NCBI GenBank assembly: GCA_963763135.1
Contig: CAVXNJ010000012.1
Coordinates: forward strand, 851,789-915,788
DNA from: an uncultured Acidimicrobiales bacterium
Lineage (GTDB): Bacteria; Actinomycetota; Acidimicrobiia; Acidimicrobiales; JANYDT01
Direction of reading: 5' to 3'
Length of the DNA: 64,000 nucleotides
The notes under the pieces were generated by a model. It did no database searches and was not told the DNA's origin. It worked only from the letters and a program-made list of their open reading frames with translations. A program made the position numbers and the translations under genes. The number at the start of each line of letters is the position of its first letter. The stretch's first letter is position 1. Below are positions 12,247-22,242 of the stretch, in pieces.

Positions 12247-12293
12247 CATGTAGCCAAAGAAGCCACCAGACAACACCTACGGCTACACAAACG
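12247..12293. repeat. Dispersed hairpin (REP-like) element, copy A
   Basis: CATGTAGCCaaagaagccaccagacaacacctaCGGCTACAcaaacg. Same core as the two copies at 54051-54158. Lies just 3' of the nuoN (cluster 1) stop. Confidence 0.8.
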
Positions 12294-12328
12294 AAGTGTG
12301 GGGCCGCACCAAGGCGGCTCAACAGAAG

Positions 12329-13852
12329 CTAGTTCGCAACCGCTCCGATGAAGCTGGACAGGTCGACCAGCTTGGTCACCAGGGCCGGGTAGACACCGAC
12401 GGCAAGGACGCCGACGACGCAGAGACCCATCGCGAGCGAGAGAGACGCCGGGATCTTGATCGGGGTCCGGTCGCCGTCGGGAACCGGGCGCATCCACATT
12501 TCCCGCATGACGCTGGCGTAGTAGTAGAACGCGATCACCGAGTTGACCGCGGCGACGGCCGCAAGACCCACGGCCCACGGGGTACCGGCGTCCATCAGCG
12601 ACTTGAACACGAAGAACTTGGCCCAGAACCCACCGAACGGCGGGATGCCGGCGAGCGAGAACATGAAGATCGTCATGGCCACGGCGGGGACCGGGGCGTA
12701 GCTCAGAAGTCCACCGTACGAACTGATCTCGCCGGAGCGCGTCTTGCGGGCCACGATGATCACGATGGAGAAAGCACCGAGGTTCATGACGGCATACACG
12801 ATCAGGTAGGTCACGATCGCATCGAAGGAACTCCGGGCCGCGGAATCGTTCGCGTGCGCAATGGCGAACGGCGCCAGGATGAAGCCCGCTTGCGCAATCG
12901 AAGAGTATGCGAGCATACGAACGATGTTCGTCTGCTTCAAGGCGATCAGGTTGCCCACGATCATCGTGGCGACGGCCAGCGTCCAAAAGACCGGCTGCCA
13001 GACGTCGGAGCGTCCGAAGAAGCCGACATAGATCAACTGCATCAGGGCCACGAAACCGGCAGCCTTCGAAGCCACCGATAGGAAGGCGGTGACCGGCGTG
13101 GGCGCACCTTCGTAGGTGTCGGGCGCCCACTGGTGGAACGGCACCGCCGATACCTTGAACGCGAATCCGACGATGATCAAGAAGATGCCGACGGTGAGAA
13201 TCGGCGGGGTCGAGCCCGACCGCACCGAAGCGGCGATATCGGTGAGCAACGTTGCGCCGGTGACGCCGTAGACGAGCGACATGCCGTAGAGCATGACGGC
13301 CGAGGCGACCACCCCGAGGAGGTAGTACTTCAGCGCGGCCTCGTTGGACTTCGAATCCCGCTTGCGCCATCCCGCCAACATGTACGCCGGAATCGACATC
13401 GTCTCAAGCGCCACGAAGATCGTGATGAGGTCGCGTGATGAGCACATGACCACCATGCCGAGCAGCGAGCACACGAGGAGGAAGCTGAACTCCCCTTCGT
13501 AGTAGTCGCCTTCCGACAGGTACAGCGACGACAGCAACAAGACGATGTAACCACTCACCAAGAACATCGCCTTGAGGAGGAGCGCATAGTTGTCGACGAC
13601 GTAGCCGCCGCCGAACATCGAACGGTCATGACCGTTTACGGCAAGGGTCAGAAGCGGGATTCCGGCCAGCGCGACGCCGATGCCGGCGATGGTCGTGATC
13701 CAGAACTTCCGTGTCTCATCGAGAAACAGGTCGATGATGAGGATGGCAACGGCAACCGCGGTCAGGACAATTTCGGGCGCTATTGCGTGGAGATCGACAT
13801 GTGGGGCGTCGAACTTGGCAGCGCCAAGCACACCCGCAAGTGTTGCGAGCAT
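12329..13852 (-). CDS. nuoN: NADH-quinone oxidoreductase subunit N (11-subunit cluster)
   Basis: 507-aa polytopic antiporter-like protein (ND2/NuoN pattern) and last gene of the array. Confidence 0.9.
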   Translation of the reverse strand: MLATLAGVLGAAKFDAPHVDLHAIAPEIVLTAVAVAILIIDLFLDETRKFWITTIAGIGVALAGIPLLTLAVNGHDRSMFGGGYVVDNYALLLKAMFLVSGYIVLLLSSLYLSEGDYYEGEFSFLLVCSLLGMVVMCSSRDLITIFVALETMSIPAYMLAGWRKRDSKSNEAALKYYLLGVVASAVMLYGMSLVYGVTGATLLTDIAASVRSGSTPPILTVGIFLIIVGFAFKVSAVPFHQWAPDTYEGAPTPVTAFLSVASKAAGFVALMQLIYVGFFGRSDVWQPVFWTLAVATMIVGNLIALKQTNIVRMLAYSSIAQAGFILAPFAIAHANDSAARSSFDAIVTYLIVYAVMNLGAFSIVIIVARKTRSGEISSYGGLLSYAPVPAVAMTIFMFSLAGIPPFGGFWAKFFVFKSLMDAGTPWAVGLAAVAAVNSVIAFYYYASVMREMWMRPVPDGDRTPIKIPASLSLAMGLCVVGVLAVGVYPALVTKLVDLSSFIGAVAN

Positions 13853-13857
13853 GATCG

Positions 13858-15381
13858 TTACTTCCCGAAGACCTTCGTCAGCACCTGGACGGCCGGGTCA
13901 GTGACGTTGAACATGAGCTTCGGCCACAGGCCGAACACCACGATGCCAATGAGGAACGGGGTCCAGGCGAGCCACTCGTGCGTGGTCACATCTTCAAATT
14001 CGTGACCTTCCCACTCGCTCTTTTGGGTTCCGAAAGCGGTGCGCTGGTAGAGCCACAGGAGATAGCCGGCAGCGAAAACGGTGCCGACCGCTGCGACGAC
14101 CATAAGCGTACGGAACAATGCGACGTTCAGCGCGGGAGCCGGCTGGTAGGTAGACATGATGGCCGGGAACTCGCCCCAGAAGCCGGCCAGACCGGGAAGG
14201 CCAAGCGACGCCATGGATGCGAAGCCGAGCACCCAGCCCATCTTCGGCATGGTCTGCAACAGACCTCCGAGGCGCTTGATCTCGAGGGTATGGAACCGTT
14301 CCTTCACGGAACCGGCACAGAAGAAGAGCATGCCGGTGATCAAACCGTGGGCGACCATACCGAACAGTGCGGCATTGATGCCGTAGCTCGTGAGCGTCGA
14401 GATACCGAGCATCACGTAACCCATGTGGGCCACCGACGAGAAGGCGATGAGCCGCTTCATGTCGGTCTGCGCGAGACAGCCGAGAGCACCGTAGATGATG
14501 CCGATCGCAGCGAGGATGCCAATCGCGGGAGCCCAGGTCTTGGCCGCTTCAGGAAGAATCGGAATCGCGATCTTGATGAAACCGAAGGTACCGAGCTTCA
14601 GGAGGACGGCGGCGAGGATGACCGAGCCGACGGTTGGGGCCTCGGTGTGCGCGTCGGGCAACCAGGTGTGGAACGGGAACATCGGGACCTTCACCGCGAA
14701 GCCCATGAAGATGCCGGCGAAAATCAGCGTCTGCGTGTTCTTCGGGATGTTGGCACTCGCCACGTTGGCCGTGAGTTGCGCGATGTCGAACGTACGGCCG
14801 GCTTTGAAGTAGAGCGCCAGGAAGCCGAGGAGCATGAACGCCGAGCCGAACATCGTGTACAGGAAGAACTTGATCGACGCGTACTGCCGGTTCGGTCCGC
14901 CCCACACGCCGATGAGGAAGTACATCGGGAGGAGGGTGAGTTCGAAGAAGACGAAGAACAGGATCAGGTCCTGGGCGACGAAGACACCGTTCATGCCGAC
15001 TTCGAGCAGCAGCATCAAGGCGAGGACGGCCTTGGGATTGTGCGGCTCAGGCCAGTGATCCCACGAGTAGATGACGCAGAGCACGATCACGACCGTCGAC
15101 AGCATCAGCATCGGGAGACCCATGCCGTTGAGGCCGATGTGGAAGCGCGAGTTGATCACCGGGATCCACTCTTTGTTCTGCACGAACTGGTTGTCACCGG
15201 CTCGATCGAAGTTGAAGTAGGTGAGCGTAACGATGGTCATGACCATCGTGGCGAGGGCGAAGCCCAGGCCAACCGCCTTCATGCTCGCTTCGTCGTCGCG
15301 TGGCATAAGCGCCACCGCAACTGAGCCGAGCAACGGCAGGAAGATGATGAGGGTAAGACCCCAGCTATTTACAAAATCCAT
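13858..15381 (-). CDS. nuoM: NADH-quinone oxidoreductase subunit M (11-subunit cluster)
   Basis: 507 aa of ND4/NuoM type (PMFPFHTWLPDAHTEAPT). Confidence 0.93.
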   Translation of the reverse strand: MDFVNSWGLTLIIFLPLLGSVAVALMPRDDEASMKAVGLGFALATMVMTIVTLTYFNFDRAGDNQFVQNKEWIPVINSRFHIGLNGMGLPMLMLSTVVIVLCVIYSWDHWPEPHNPKAVLALMLLLEVGMNGVFVAQDLILFFVFFELTLLPMYFLIGVWGGPNRQYASIKFFLYTMFGSAFMLLGFLALYFKAGRTFDIAQLTANVASANIPKNTQTLIFAGIFMGFAVKVPMFPFHTWLPDAHTEAPTVGSVILAAVLLKLGTFGFIKIAIPILPEAAKTWAPAIGILAAIGIIYGALGCLAQTDMKRLIAFSSVAHMGYVMLGISTLTSYGINAALFGMVAHGLITGMLFFCAGSVKERFHTLEIKRLGGLLQTMPKMGWVLGFASMASLGLPGLAGFWGEFPAIMSTYQPAPALNVALFRTLMVVAAVGTVFAAGYLLWLYQRTAFGTQKSEWEGHEFEDVTTHEWLAWTPFLIGIVVFGLWPKLMFNVTDPAVQVLTKVFGK

Positions 15382-15398
15382 GGCGTTTGCGGAGACTC

Positions 15399-17720
15399 CT
15401 AGACGAACAGGGCGAGGGCGAGGCCGATGATGCCAACACCACCGAGGAACAGAGCGGCGTAGTTTTGAACACGGCCACTTTGGAGGATGCGAAGGATGCC
15501 GCCGCCGTCGCGGGCTGCGGATCCGGAACCGTTGACGAGACCGTCGACGAGACCTTGGTCAACATATTTGTATACGAGCCTGCCGCTGGCGGCAGCCCCG
15601 GTGCCAACCGTGTTGACCACACCGTCGAGGACGTTTTGGTTAACCCAGTAAGCACCCTTGGCGATCGGTCCCTTGATGGAGCCGACGACCACCCCGGTCC
15701 ACAGATGGTCGAGGTAGTACTTGTTTTTGAGGAAGTTGTAGAACCAGCGAGCCGGGGCGAAACGGCGAACGAGACCGACGTTGCCCTTCAGCACGACGTA
15801 GTAGATATACGAGGCGACGATGCCACCAACCGCGAGAGCGATCGACGGAGCGGCGACGCTCCAGGTGAACTCGCGAAGCAGGCCGTTGTGCACGATCGAT
15901 TCCTCGAACACATCGTTGGCGATGAAATGCTCGAACCAGTACTTGCCCGGCCATTGCAGCAGGCCGACGAGGAGGGCCGGGACGGCGAGGAACACCAACG
16001 GGGCCAGAATCCACCAGTTCGATTCCTGCGGTCCGTCGTGACCTCCGTGATCGTCGCCGTGAGCTCCGTGGGTGTCGTGCGAATCAACCGCGTGGGCAGC
16101 ATGCACATCAACGACGTGCGTGTCGTGCTCATCTTGAACTTCGGCCTCGTGGCCGTGGTCGTCGTGGGCCAGGTGCAACCGGTTCTCACCGAAGAACGTC
16201 TTGTACATGACCCGGGTCATGTAGGCCGCAGTCAGGAAGGCACCAACTGAGCCCGCGGCGAACGCGAAACCGAAGTGGTTCTCCTTGGCATGCGTGAGAA
16301 TCTCGTCTTTGGAGAAGAACCCCGAGAACGGCGGAATTCCGCAAAGGGCGAAGTAGCCGACGGTGAAGGTCCCGAACGTCCACTTCATGTACTTGCGAAG
16401 ACCGCCCATCCGGTCCATCTCGAAGGAGTGGTGGCTACCCGAGTGCGAGATGGAGCCCGCAGCCTGGAAGAGGAGGGCCTTGAAGAAGGCGTGCGTGAAG
16501 AGGTGGAAGATCGCTCCGGCCCAGGCACCGACCGACAGACCCATCACCATGTAGCCGAGCTGCGAAACCGTGGAGTACGCGAGGACTTTCTTGATGTCGG
16601 TTTGGACGAACGCGAGTAGCGCGGCCATCACGATCGTGATCGAGCCGATCCACGCTCCGAGGTTCATACCACCGGCCGCAATCGAGAAGCCCTTGAAGAA
16701 CACGCCGTAGAGCCGACCGAAAAGGTACACACCGGCGACGACCATGGTGGCCGCGTGGATGAGCGACGAGGCCGGAGTAGGGCCGGCCATGGCGTCGGGC
16801 AACCAGGTGTGGAGGGGGAACTGGGCCGACTTGCCGATCACGCCGGTAAAGAGGCAGCACGCCGAGACGAGCAGCAGGCTCTGCTTGATTCCACCGGTCA
16901 GCGCGAGGTGGTTGGTGTGGGCGATGTCGAAGCTCTGACCCGAAGCCCAGAACAAGATGATGATGCCGATGAGGAGACCGATATCGCCCGTGCGGGTTGT
17001 GAGAAACGCCTTGACCGCCGCCGTGGAATTGTTGTGGTCCTCCCACCAGTGACCGATCAGCAGGAACGAGCACAGACCCATCATTTCCCAGCCGAAGAGC
17101 AGGCCGAGGGTCGTTGCACTCTGGACCATCCAAAGCATGGCGGCGGTGAACAGCGCGAGCGAGGCGAAGTAGTGCACGAAGCGGCTGTCGGTCCGCAGGT
17201 ACTCACGAGAGAAAATATGTACACAGAACGAAATGAAGCTGACCACGAAGAGCATCGCTACGGCGAAACCGTCGATGTGGCTACCTAGTTCGATCTTGAT
17301 GTTGCCGTCGTTGTACCAGGTGATGAGGTTTCGAACCGGCTCCCGGAGAAGAGCAGGTCCCTCTTCTTCTGCAGTCTTCACGGACGCGGCCTTGACGGCG
17401 AAACCTTTGCTTCCGCCCGCAGACAACGCGGCGTGGGTTTCCTCGGTCACCGTCTCGTCGGCATGCTCAGCGGGAGTCCCGCCTTCGGCAGCTCCACCTT
17501 CAGCGGTCGCGGCCTCAGCGGAATGCTCGGCCGTCGTGGCGACCGGTACCTTCTCTCGCTGGTTCCACTGGACCCCGGCGACGGTCGACAGGACAAGGCA
17601 CGCGGTGACGGCCAACTGACCGACCCACCAACCGCCCTGCGGCAGCTTCTTGCCAAGGAACAAAATGATGACGAATGCCCCGACCATCAGGGCCGGAAGA
17701 ATCCAAGCGTTTTCGAGCAC
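15399..17720 (-). CDS. nuoL: NADH-quinone oxidoreductase subunit L (11-subunit cluster), unusually long
   Basis: 773 aa of ND5/NuoL type (QFPLHTWLPDAMAGPTP). Carries a low-complexity insertion after TM1 and a His/Asp-rich loop. Confidence 0.93.
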   Translation of the reverse strand: MLENAWILPALMVGAFVIILFLGKKLPQGGWWVGQLAVTACLVLSTVAGVQWNQREKVPVATTAEHSAEAATAEGGAAEGGTPAEHADETVTEETHAALSAGGSKGFAVKAASVKTAEEEGPALLREPVRNLITWYNDGNIKIELGSHIDGFAVAMLFVVSFISFCVHIFSREYLRTDSRFVHYFASLALFTAAMLWMVQSATTLGLLFGWEMMGLCSFLLIGHWWEDHNNSTAAVKAFLTTRTGDIGLLIGIIILFWASGQSFDIAHTNHLALTGGIKQSLLLVSACCLFTGVIGKSAQFPLHTWLPDAMAGPTPASSLIHAATMVVAGVYLFGRLYGVFFKGFSIAAGGMNLGAWIGSITIVMAALLAFVQTDIKKVLAYSTVSQLGYMVMGLSVGAWAGAIFHLFTHAFFKALLFQAAGSISHSGSHHSFEMDRMGGLRKYMKWTFGTFTVGYFALCGIPPFSGFFSKDEILTHAKENHFGFAFAAGSVGAFLTAAYMTRVMYKTFFGENRLHLAHDDHGHEAEVQDEHDTHVVDVHAAHAVDSHDTHGAHGDDHGGHDGPQESNWWILAPLVFLAVPALLVGLLQWPGKYWFEHFIANDVFEESIVHNGLLREFTWSVAAPSIALAVGGIVASYIYYVVLKGNVGLVRRFAPARWFYNFLKNKYYLDHLWTGVVVGSIKGPIAKGAYWVNQNVLDGVVNTVGTGAAASGRLVYKYVDQGLVDGLVNGSGSAARDGGGILRILQSGRVQNYAALFLGGVGIIGLALALFV

Positions 17721-17728
17721 GGTCGACC

Positions 17729-18028
17729 TCAGCCTTTCATCTGCGCGACGTCGGAAATGTCGATGTTGCGACGGTTCCGGTAGATGAGTAGGACAATGGC
17801 CAGACCGACGCCGACTTCAGCAGCGGCGACCGCAATCGCAAACAGGGCGAACACGTGACCGATGATGTTGTCGTTGCGCACGGAGAAGGCGATCAGGTTC
17901 ATGTTGACGGAGTTGATCATCAACTCGATCGACATGAGCACGAGCACTGCGTTGCGGCGGGCGAGCACTCCGTAGACACCGCAGCAGAAGAGAAAAGCGG
18001 CGAGGATCAGAAACTGGTTGATCATCAT
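17729..18028 (-). CDS. nuoK: NADH-quinone oxidoreductase subunit K (11-subunit cluster)
   Basis: 99 aa with three TM helices, ND4L pattern ([16 protein letters not shown]). Confidence 0.92.
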   Translation of the reverse strand: MMINQFLILAAFLFCCGVYGVLARRNAVLVLMSIELMINSVNMNLIAFSVRNDNIIGHVFALFAIAVAAAEVGVGLAIVLLIYRNRRNIDISDVAQMKG

Positions 18029-18036
18029 GGCGGCGT

Positions 18037-18549
18037 TCAGTCCCTTCGGGCGATGACGACGGCGCCGACCAATGCGGCGAGCAGAAGGATCGACGTGACC
18101 TCGAACGGAACGAGGTAGGTCGAGAAGATCGAGTCGGCGACCCGCGCGGTGCTGACCCCGGAGGCTCCGCTCGCAACGCCGTTGTGGAAGTCGAGCTTCT
18201 GCTTGCCGAAGGCATCGATCAACAACGCACCAAGGCCACCGAACAAGAACAGCGCAACAATCCCCGAAACCGCTCTCTGGTCATTGTCGAGCTGTTGTTC
18301 TTTGCCGATGGGCGCTCGGGTGAGCATGATCCCGAACAGGATGAGCACCATGATGGCGCCCACGTAGACGAGGATCTGGACTACCGCTACGAATTCGGCA
18401 GCAAGCAGAATGTATTGACCGGCCATACCGGCCAGAACGATCACGAGATACAACGCCGCGTGCACCACATTTTTCGTGGTGACGAGTTTGATGGCTGATA
18501 CAGCCATGGCGGCGGCCAAAAGGCCAAAGAAGAGGTTCTGTGCGAACAC
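18037..18549 (-). CDS. nuoJ: NADH-quinone oxidoreductase subunit J (11-subunit cluster)
   Basis: 170 aa, ND6-like, with the expected position between nuoI and nuoK. Confidence 0.88.
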   Translation of the reverse strand: MFAQNLFFGLLAAAMAVSAIKLVTTKNVVHAALYLVIVLAGMAGQYILLAAEFVAVVQILVYVGAIMVLILFGIMLTRAPIGKEQQLDNDQRAVSGIVALFLFGGLGALLIDAFGKQKLDFHNGVASGASGVSTARVADSIFSTYLVPFEVTSILLLAALVGAVVIARRD

Positions 18550-18560
18550 GGCTCGGCAGG

Positions 18561-19079
18561 CTACTTCTTCTTGGCGTCGGCCCCAACCTCAAGGGCCGGC
18601 TTGGTGGGAACCGTATCGAGCCACTCGCCAAGACGGGTCTTGTCGTGCAGGAGGTCGGCAATGGACGGGGTGGAGTACTCGTACTCCGGGCTCCAGAACA
18701 GCGCGTCGAACGGACATACCTCGACGCAGATACCGCAGTACATGCAGAGGCTGTAGTCGATGTCGAACCGGTCGAGGGCCTGAACGGTACGCGGCTTACC
18801 GCCCTCACGACGGGGAGGCGCTTTGTCTTTGTGCCCTTCGATGTAGATGCACCAGTCAGGGCAGCTTCGCGAACAGAGCATGCAAACCGTGCAGTTCTCT
18901 TCGTTCAACGCAATGACCCCACGAGCCCGGGTGGGCGGGTCTTCGCGGACGTGCGGGTACTGGACCGTCTGGTTGGGACGGAACAGTTCCTTGATGGTGA
19001 CGCCGAGCCCGCCGGTCAGGCTGCGGGCGACATCACCGACTTTGGAATCGCGTAGTGCTCGAGGTAGTGGAAGAGGCAT
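18561..19079 (-). CDS. nuoI: NADH-quinone oxidoreductase subunit I (11-subunit cluster)
   Basis: Two 4Fe-4S motifs (CTVCMLCSRSCP, CMYCGICVEVCP). Start taken at ATG 19079, which shares its A with the nuoH stop (TGATG). Confidence 0.9.
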   Translation of the reverse strand: MPLPLPRALRDSKVGDVARSLTGGLGVTIKELFRPNQTVQYPHVREDPPTRARGVIALNEENCTVCMLCSRSCPDWCIYIEGHKDKAPPRREGGKPRTVQALDRFDIDYSLCMYCGICVEVCPFDALFWSPEYEYSTPSIADLLHDKTRLGEWLDTVPTKPALEVGADAKKK

Positions 19080-20131
19080 CAGAAGGCAACCTTCAAGATG
19101 GCGGTGATCATGATGTTCACAAGCGAAATCGGGATGAGGTACTTCCACGCAATCGACTGGAGTTGATCCTCGCGGAAACGGGGGTAGCTGAAGCGGAACC
19201 AGAAGATGAGGAACGCCACGAACATGACCTTGGCAAAGAGAATTCCCGGGCCGAGGATGTTGGCGAGATTGTTGTCAACCCAGGCGTCGGGCATCGGCAG
19301 GTACCAGCCGCCGAGGAACAGTGTGGCGGCGATGGCGGACAGTGCGAACGCCGAGGCAACTTCGCCGAGGAAGAACGACAGGAACCGGAAACCCGAATAC
19401 TCGGTCATGTAACCGGTGACGAGTTCGGACTCAGCGACCGGCATGTCGAACGGCGCCTGGGTGAGTTCGGCCTGGGCCGCAATCATGAAGATGGCGAAGC
19501 CGACGAACTGCGTCGCCATGAACGGCATGCCGGCGAGGTTCAGACCGAAGACTTCGAACTGCTGCTGCGCATGCACGATGTCTTGCAGGCTCATCGATCC
19601 GGCCTGGATCACGACGCCGACCACGGCAAGCACGAGTGGAAGTTCGTAGGCGATCAACTGACCGGCGGCACGGAGGGAGCCCATGAGGGAGTACTTGTTC
19701 GCACTCGCCCAGCCCGCCATCAAGATGCCGAGCACGCCGATCGACGACACAGCCAGTGCGTAGAAGATGCCGACCTTCAGATCACTGATCACGAGGTCGG
19801 GACCGGCCGGAATCACGAGATATAGCAGGAAGGTTGACATCACTACGACGTAGGGCGCCAGCGAGAAAACCCACTTGTCGGCCTTGGCCGGAATGATGTC
19901 TTCCTTCTGGATGAACTTCACGGCGTCGCCGATGTTCTGGAACCAGCCGTGGAATCCACCGGGGTCCATCGGACCGAGGCGGGACTGCATGTGGGCCATC
20001 ATCTTCAGAAGGAAGACGTAGCCAATGAGAAGGCCGCCAACCGGAATGACGACGAGAACGCCAAGAAGCTTGACTGCCGTCCAGAACCAGTAGGCATCGA
20101 GCGTGAACCCCGCGAGAACAGTGGCGCTCAT
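19079..20131 (-). CDS. nuoH: NADH-quinone oxidoreductase subunit H (11-subunit cluster)
   Basis: 350 aa of ND1/NuoH type (RLGPMDPGGFHGWFQ, AQAELTQAPFDMPVAESELV, EYSGFRF). Confidence 0.93.
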   Translation of the reverse strand: MSATVLAGFTLDAYWFWTAVKLLGVLVVIPVGGLLIGYVFLLKMMAHMQSRLGPMDPGGFHGWFQNIGDAVKFIQKEDIIPAKADKWVFSLAPYVVVMSTFLLYLVIPAGPDLVISDLKVGIFYALAVSSIGVLGILMAGWASANKYSLMGSLRAAGQLIAYELPLVLAVVGVVIQAGSMSLQDIVHAQQQFEVFGLNLAGMPFMATQFVGFAIFMIAAQAELTQAPFDMPVAESELVTGYMTEYSGFRFLSFFLGEVASAFALSAIAATLFLGGWYLPMPDAWVDNNLANILGPGILFAKVMFVAFLIFWFRFSYPRFREDQLQSIAWKYLIPISLVNIMITAILKVAF

Positions 20132-20199
20132 GAGCGTTCACTTTCGGGGCTGGCGCCACGAACCTTGGCGGAAAGAGAGATCGAAACGGAGGTCTTCAT

Positions 20200-21432
20200 T
20201 TATCGATCAATGTCCCCGAGGATGAAGTACAGCGAGCCGAGAATGGTGATGATGTCGGGAACGAAGACGCCCTTGGTCACCCACGGCACGATGGAGATGT
20301 TGTTGAAACTTGGTGTGCGGATCTTGACGCGGAACGGACCCAGGCCGCCCTGGCTCACGACGTAGTAACCCATTTCGCCGAGCGGATTCTCCGTCGACAC
20401 GTAGGTCTCGCCCGCAGGAACTTTGATGATGCGGGGCACCTTCGCCATGATCGGACCTGCCGGCAGGCCATCGAGGATCTGATCAACGATCTTCGTGGCT
20501 TCCCGGACTTCCTGCATCCGGACCCACATACGGGCGAAGCTGTCGCAATCGGTATGTGTCCATACCTTCCAGTCAAGCTTGCTGTAAGCGAGCGGGGAAG
20601 GTGTATCCCGGCGGACGTCCCAATCGACACCGCTCGCCCGGAGGTTCGCTCCCGACATGCCGTATTCGAGTGCCTTCTCGGCCGGGATCACGCCGGTGCC
20701 CCGGGTACGCGCCTGGAAGACGGCGTTGCCCATCATGAGGTCGTCGAGCTCATCGCAGAACGAGCGCATTTTCGCCATCACCGTCTTGGTCTCGGCGATC
20801 CAGCCTTTCGGCAGGTCTTCCTTGAGTCCACCGATGCGGTCGTAGTTCGGGTGGAAGCGTCCACCGGTGGCCGCTTCGATCTGGTTGAGCACATGTTCGC
20901 GATCGCGGAAAGCGAAGAACACCGGAGTGACAGCGCCCATCTGTACGCCCATGTCGCCGATGCCGAGCGAGATGTTGGCGATACGGGCCATTTCGAAGAG
21001 GGCCGTGCGGATCCACTGGGCACGGGCCGGAGCTTCGACGCCCATCAGTTCTTCGGCCGCGAGGATGAACGGAACCTCGTTCGCGAAGCTCCCCAACCAG
21101 TCGATCCGGTTCACCAAAGCGGTGACCTGCGGGTAGGTGCGCACCTCGCAAAGTTTCTCGTAGCCGCGGTGCATGTAGCCCATCACCGGCTGACAGCTGA
21201 TGACCTGTTCGCCGTCGAGCTTGGCGACAAGGCGAAGCGTTCCGTGCGTCGCCGGATGCTGCGGACCGAGGTTGACGGTCATGCCCTCTTCGGTCTCGAG
21301 CTGAACGTTGACCCGGATGTCGGCGGCCTGCGATGCAATGTAGGCGGCCTGCTTCATTTCCTCCGGATTGTTCGGATGGAACGAGGTTGAGACCTCGTCG
21401 CCCAAACCGGACGGATTCATTGTGGAAGTCAT
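20200..21432 (-). CDS. nuoD: NADH-quinone oxidoreductase subunit D (11-subunit cluster)
   Basis: 410 aa, 49-kDa subunit pattern (NLGPQHPATHGTLRL, MGYMHRGYEKL, C-terminal LGDIDR). Confidence 0.93.
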   Translation of the reverse strand: MTSTMNPSGLGDEVSTSFHPNNPEEMKQAAYIASQAADIRVNVQLETEEGMTVNLGPQHPATHGTLRLVAKLDGEQVISCQPVMGYMHRGYEKLCEVRTYPQVTALVNRIDWLGSFANEVPFILAAEELMGVEAPARAQWIRTALFEMARIANISLGIGDMGVQMGAVTPVFFAFRDREHVLNQIEAATGGRFHPNYDRIGGLKEDLPKGWIAETKTVMAKMRSFCDELDDLMMGNAVFQARTRGTGVIPAEKALEYGMSGANLRASGVDWDVRRDTPSPLAYSKLDWKVWTHTDCDSFARMWVRMQEVREATKIVDQILDGLPAGPIMAKVPRIIKVPAGETYVSTENPLGEMGYYVVSQGGLGPFRVKIRTPSFNNISIVPWVTKGVFVPDIITILGSLYFILGDIDR

Positions 21433-22145
21433 CAGGCTTCACCACCTTCTTCACTGGCATCGCCAGCAATTGGTTCAACGTTGGTCAAGCCGGGCCACGG
21501 CTTTACTTCACGAGCCAGGAGCGGGAAATCCTTCCGCAGGGGATGCCCCTCGAACGCTCCCGGAAGGTAGATGTGCGTGAGGCCGGGGTGACCGACAAAG
21601 TCGAAGCCGAACATCTCTGCCGCTTCACGCTCGTGCCAGTTGGCGCCCGGGTAGATCTTTTCGATCGAGGCGACGCTCGGTGCGTCGGCGTCGAGATCAG
21701 CCTTGAGCACGACCCCACGCTTATCGGTCACCGAAACCAAGCGGGCAAACACCTGGAAGCGGGTTTCCCCACCACCAACTCCCGTGCGAATGGCGGCGAC
21801 GGTTTCTTCGACAACTGGCGCCGGTTCGGCTTCAACAGCGTCTGAAGCGTCGGTCGATTCGGCGTCGGCCTCTTCTTCCACAGAGCCCCACACGTTTTCG
21901 TAGCGAGTGGCCTGCAGTGGACTGTCGAGCCAATCAAGACCGGAGAGGAAGCAGAAATAGGTGAGGCTGAGCTGCTTGCGGCAGGCGGTTACGGCGTCGA
22001 ACCAGGCGTCGGCGGGTACTCGGACGACGGCATCGCGTCGGTTGACCGTCGCTTCGAGGACTCGATCACCAAGGGCGGACCGGAGACGGGAAATATATTC
22101 CAGACAGGTCGCGTCAGACTCAACCGCTACTTCTTCGACGGGCAC
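21432..22145 (-). CDS. nuoC: NADH-quinone oxidoreductase subunit C (11-subunit cluster)
   Basis: 237 aa, 30-kDa subunit pattern (ANWHEREAAEMFGFDFVGHP). Contains an acidic insertion. GTG start. Confidence 0.88.
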   Translation of the reverse strand: MPVEEVAVESDATCLEYISRLRSALGDRVLEATVNRRDAVVRVPADAWFDAVTACRKQLSLTYFCFLSGLDWLDSPLQATRYENVWGSVEEEADAESTDASDAVEAEPAPVVEETVAAIRTGVGGGETRFQVFARLVSVTDKRGVVLKADLDADAPSVASIEKIYPGANWHEREAAEMFGFDFVGHPGLTHIYLPGAFEGHPLRKDFPLLAREVKPWPGLTNVEPIAGDASEEGGEA

Positions 22146-22242
22146 GGCGCAAGACTAGTGAATGAACCACCCCACCTAACAAACGTGAGGTGGAAAAACG
22201 ATGAGATTTTTCGATTTTCTCGATCGAAATAGGGTTTGGCGT

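Noticed and set aside
13978-15324. Long plus-strand ORFs antisense to nuo genes (13978..15324, 448 aa; also 26026..26754, 28179..29402, 31562..32152, 37269..38246, 20554..21390).
   Set aside because: These are mirror-frame ORFs typical of high-GC DNA. Their translations are Arg/His/Asp/Glu/Gly-rich with no motifs, while the opposite strand encodes unmistakable Nuo subunits.
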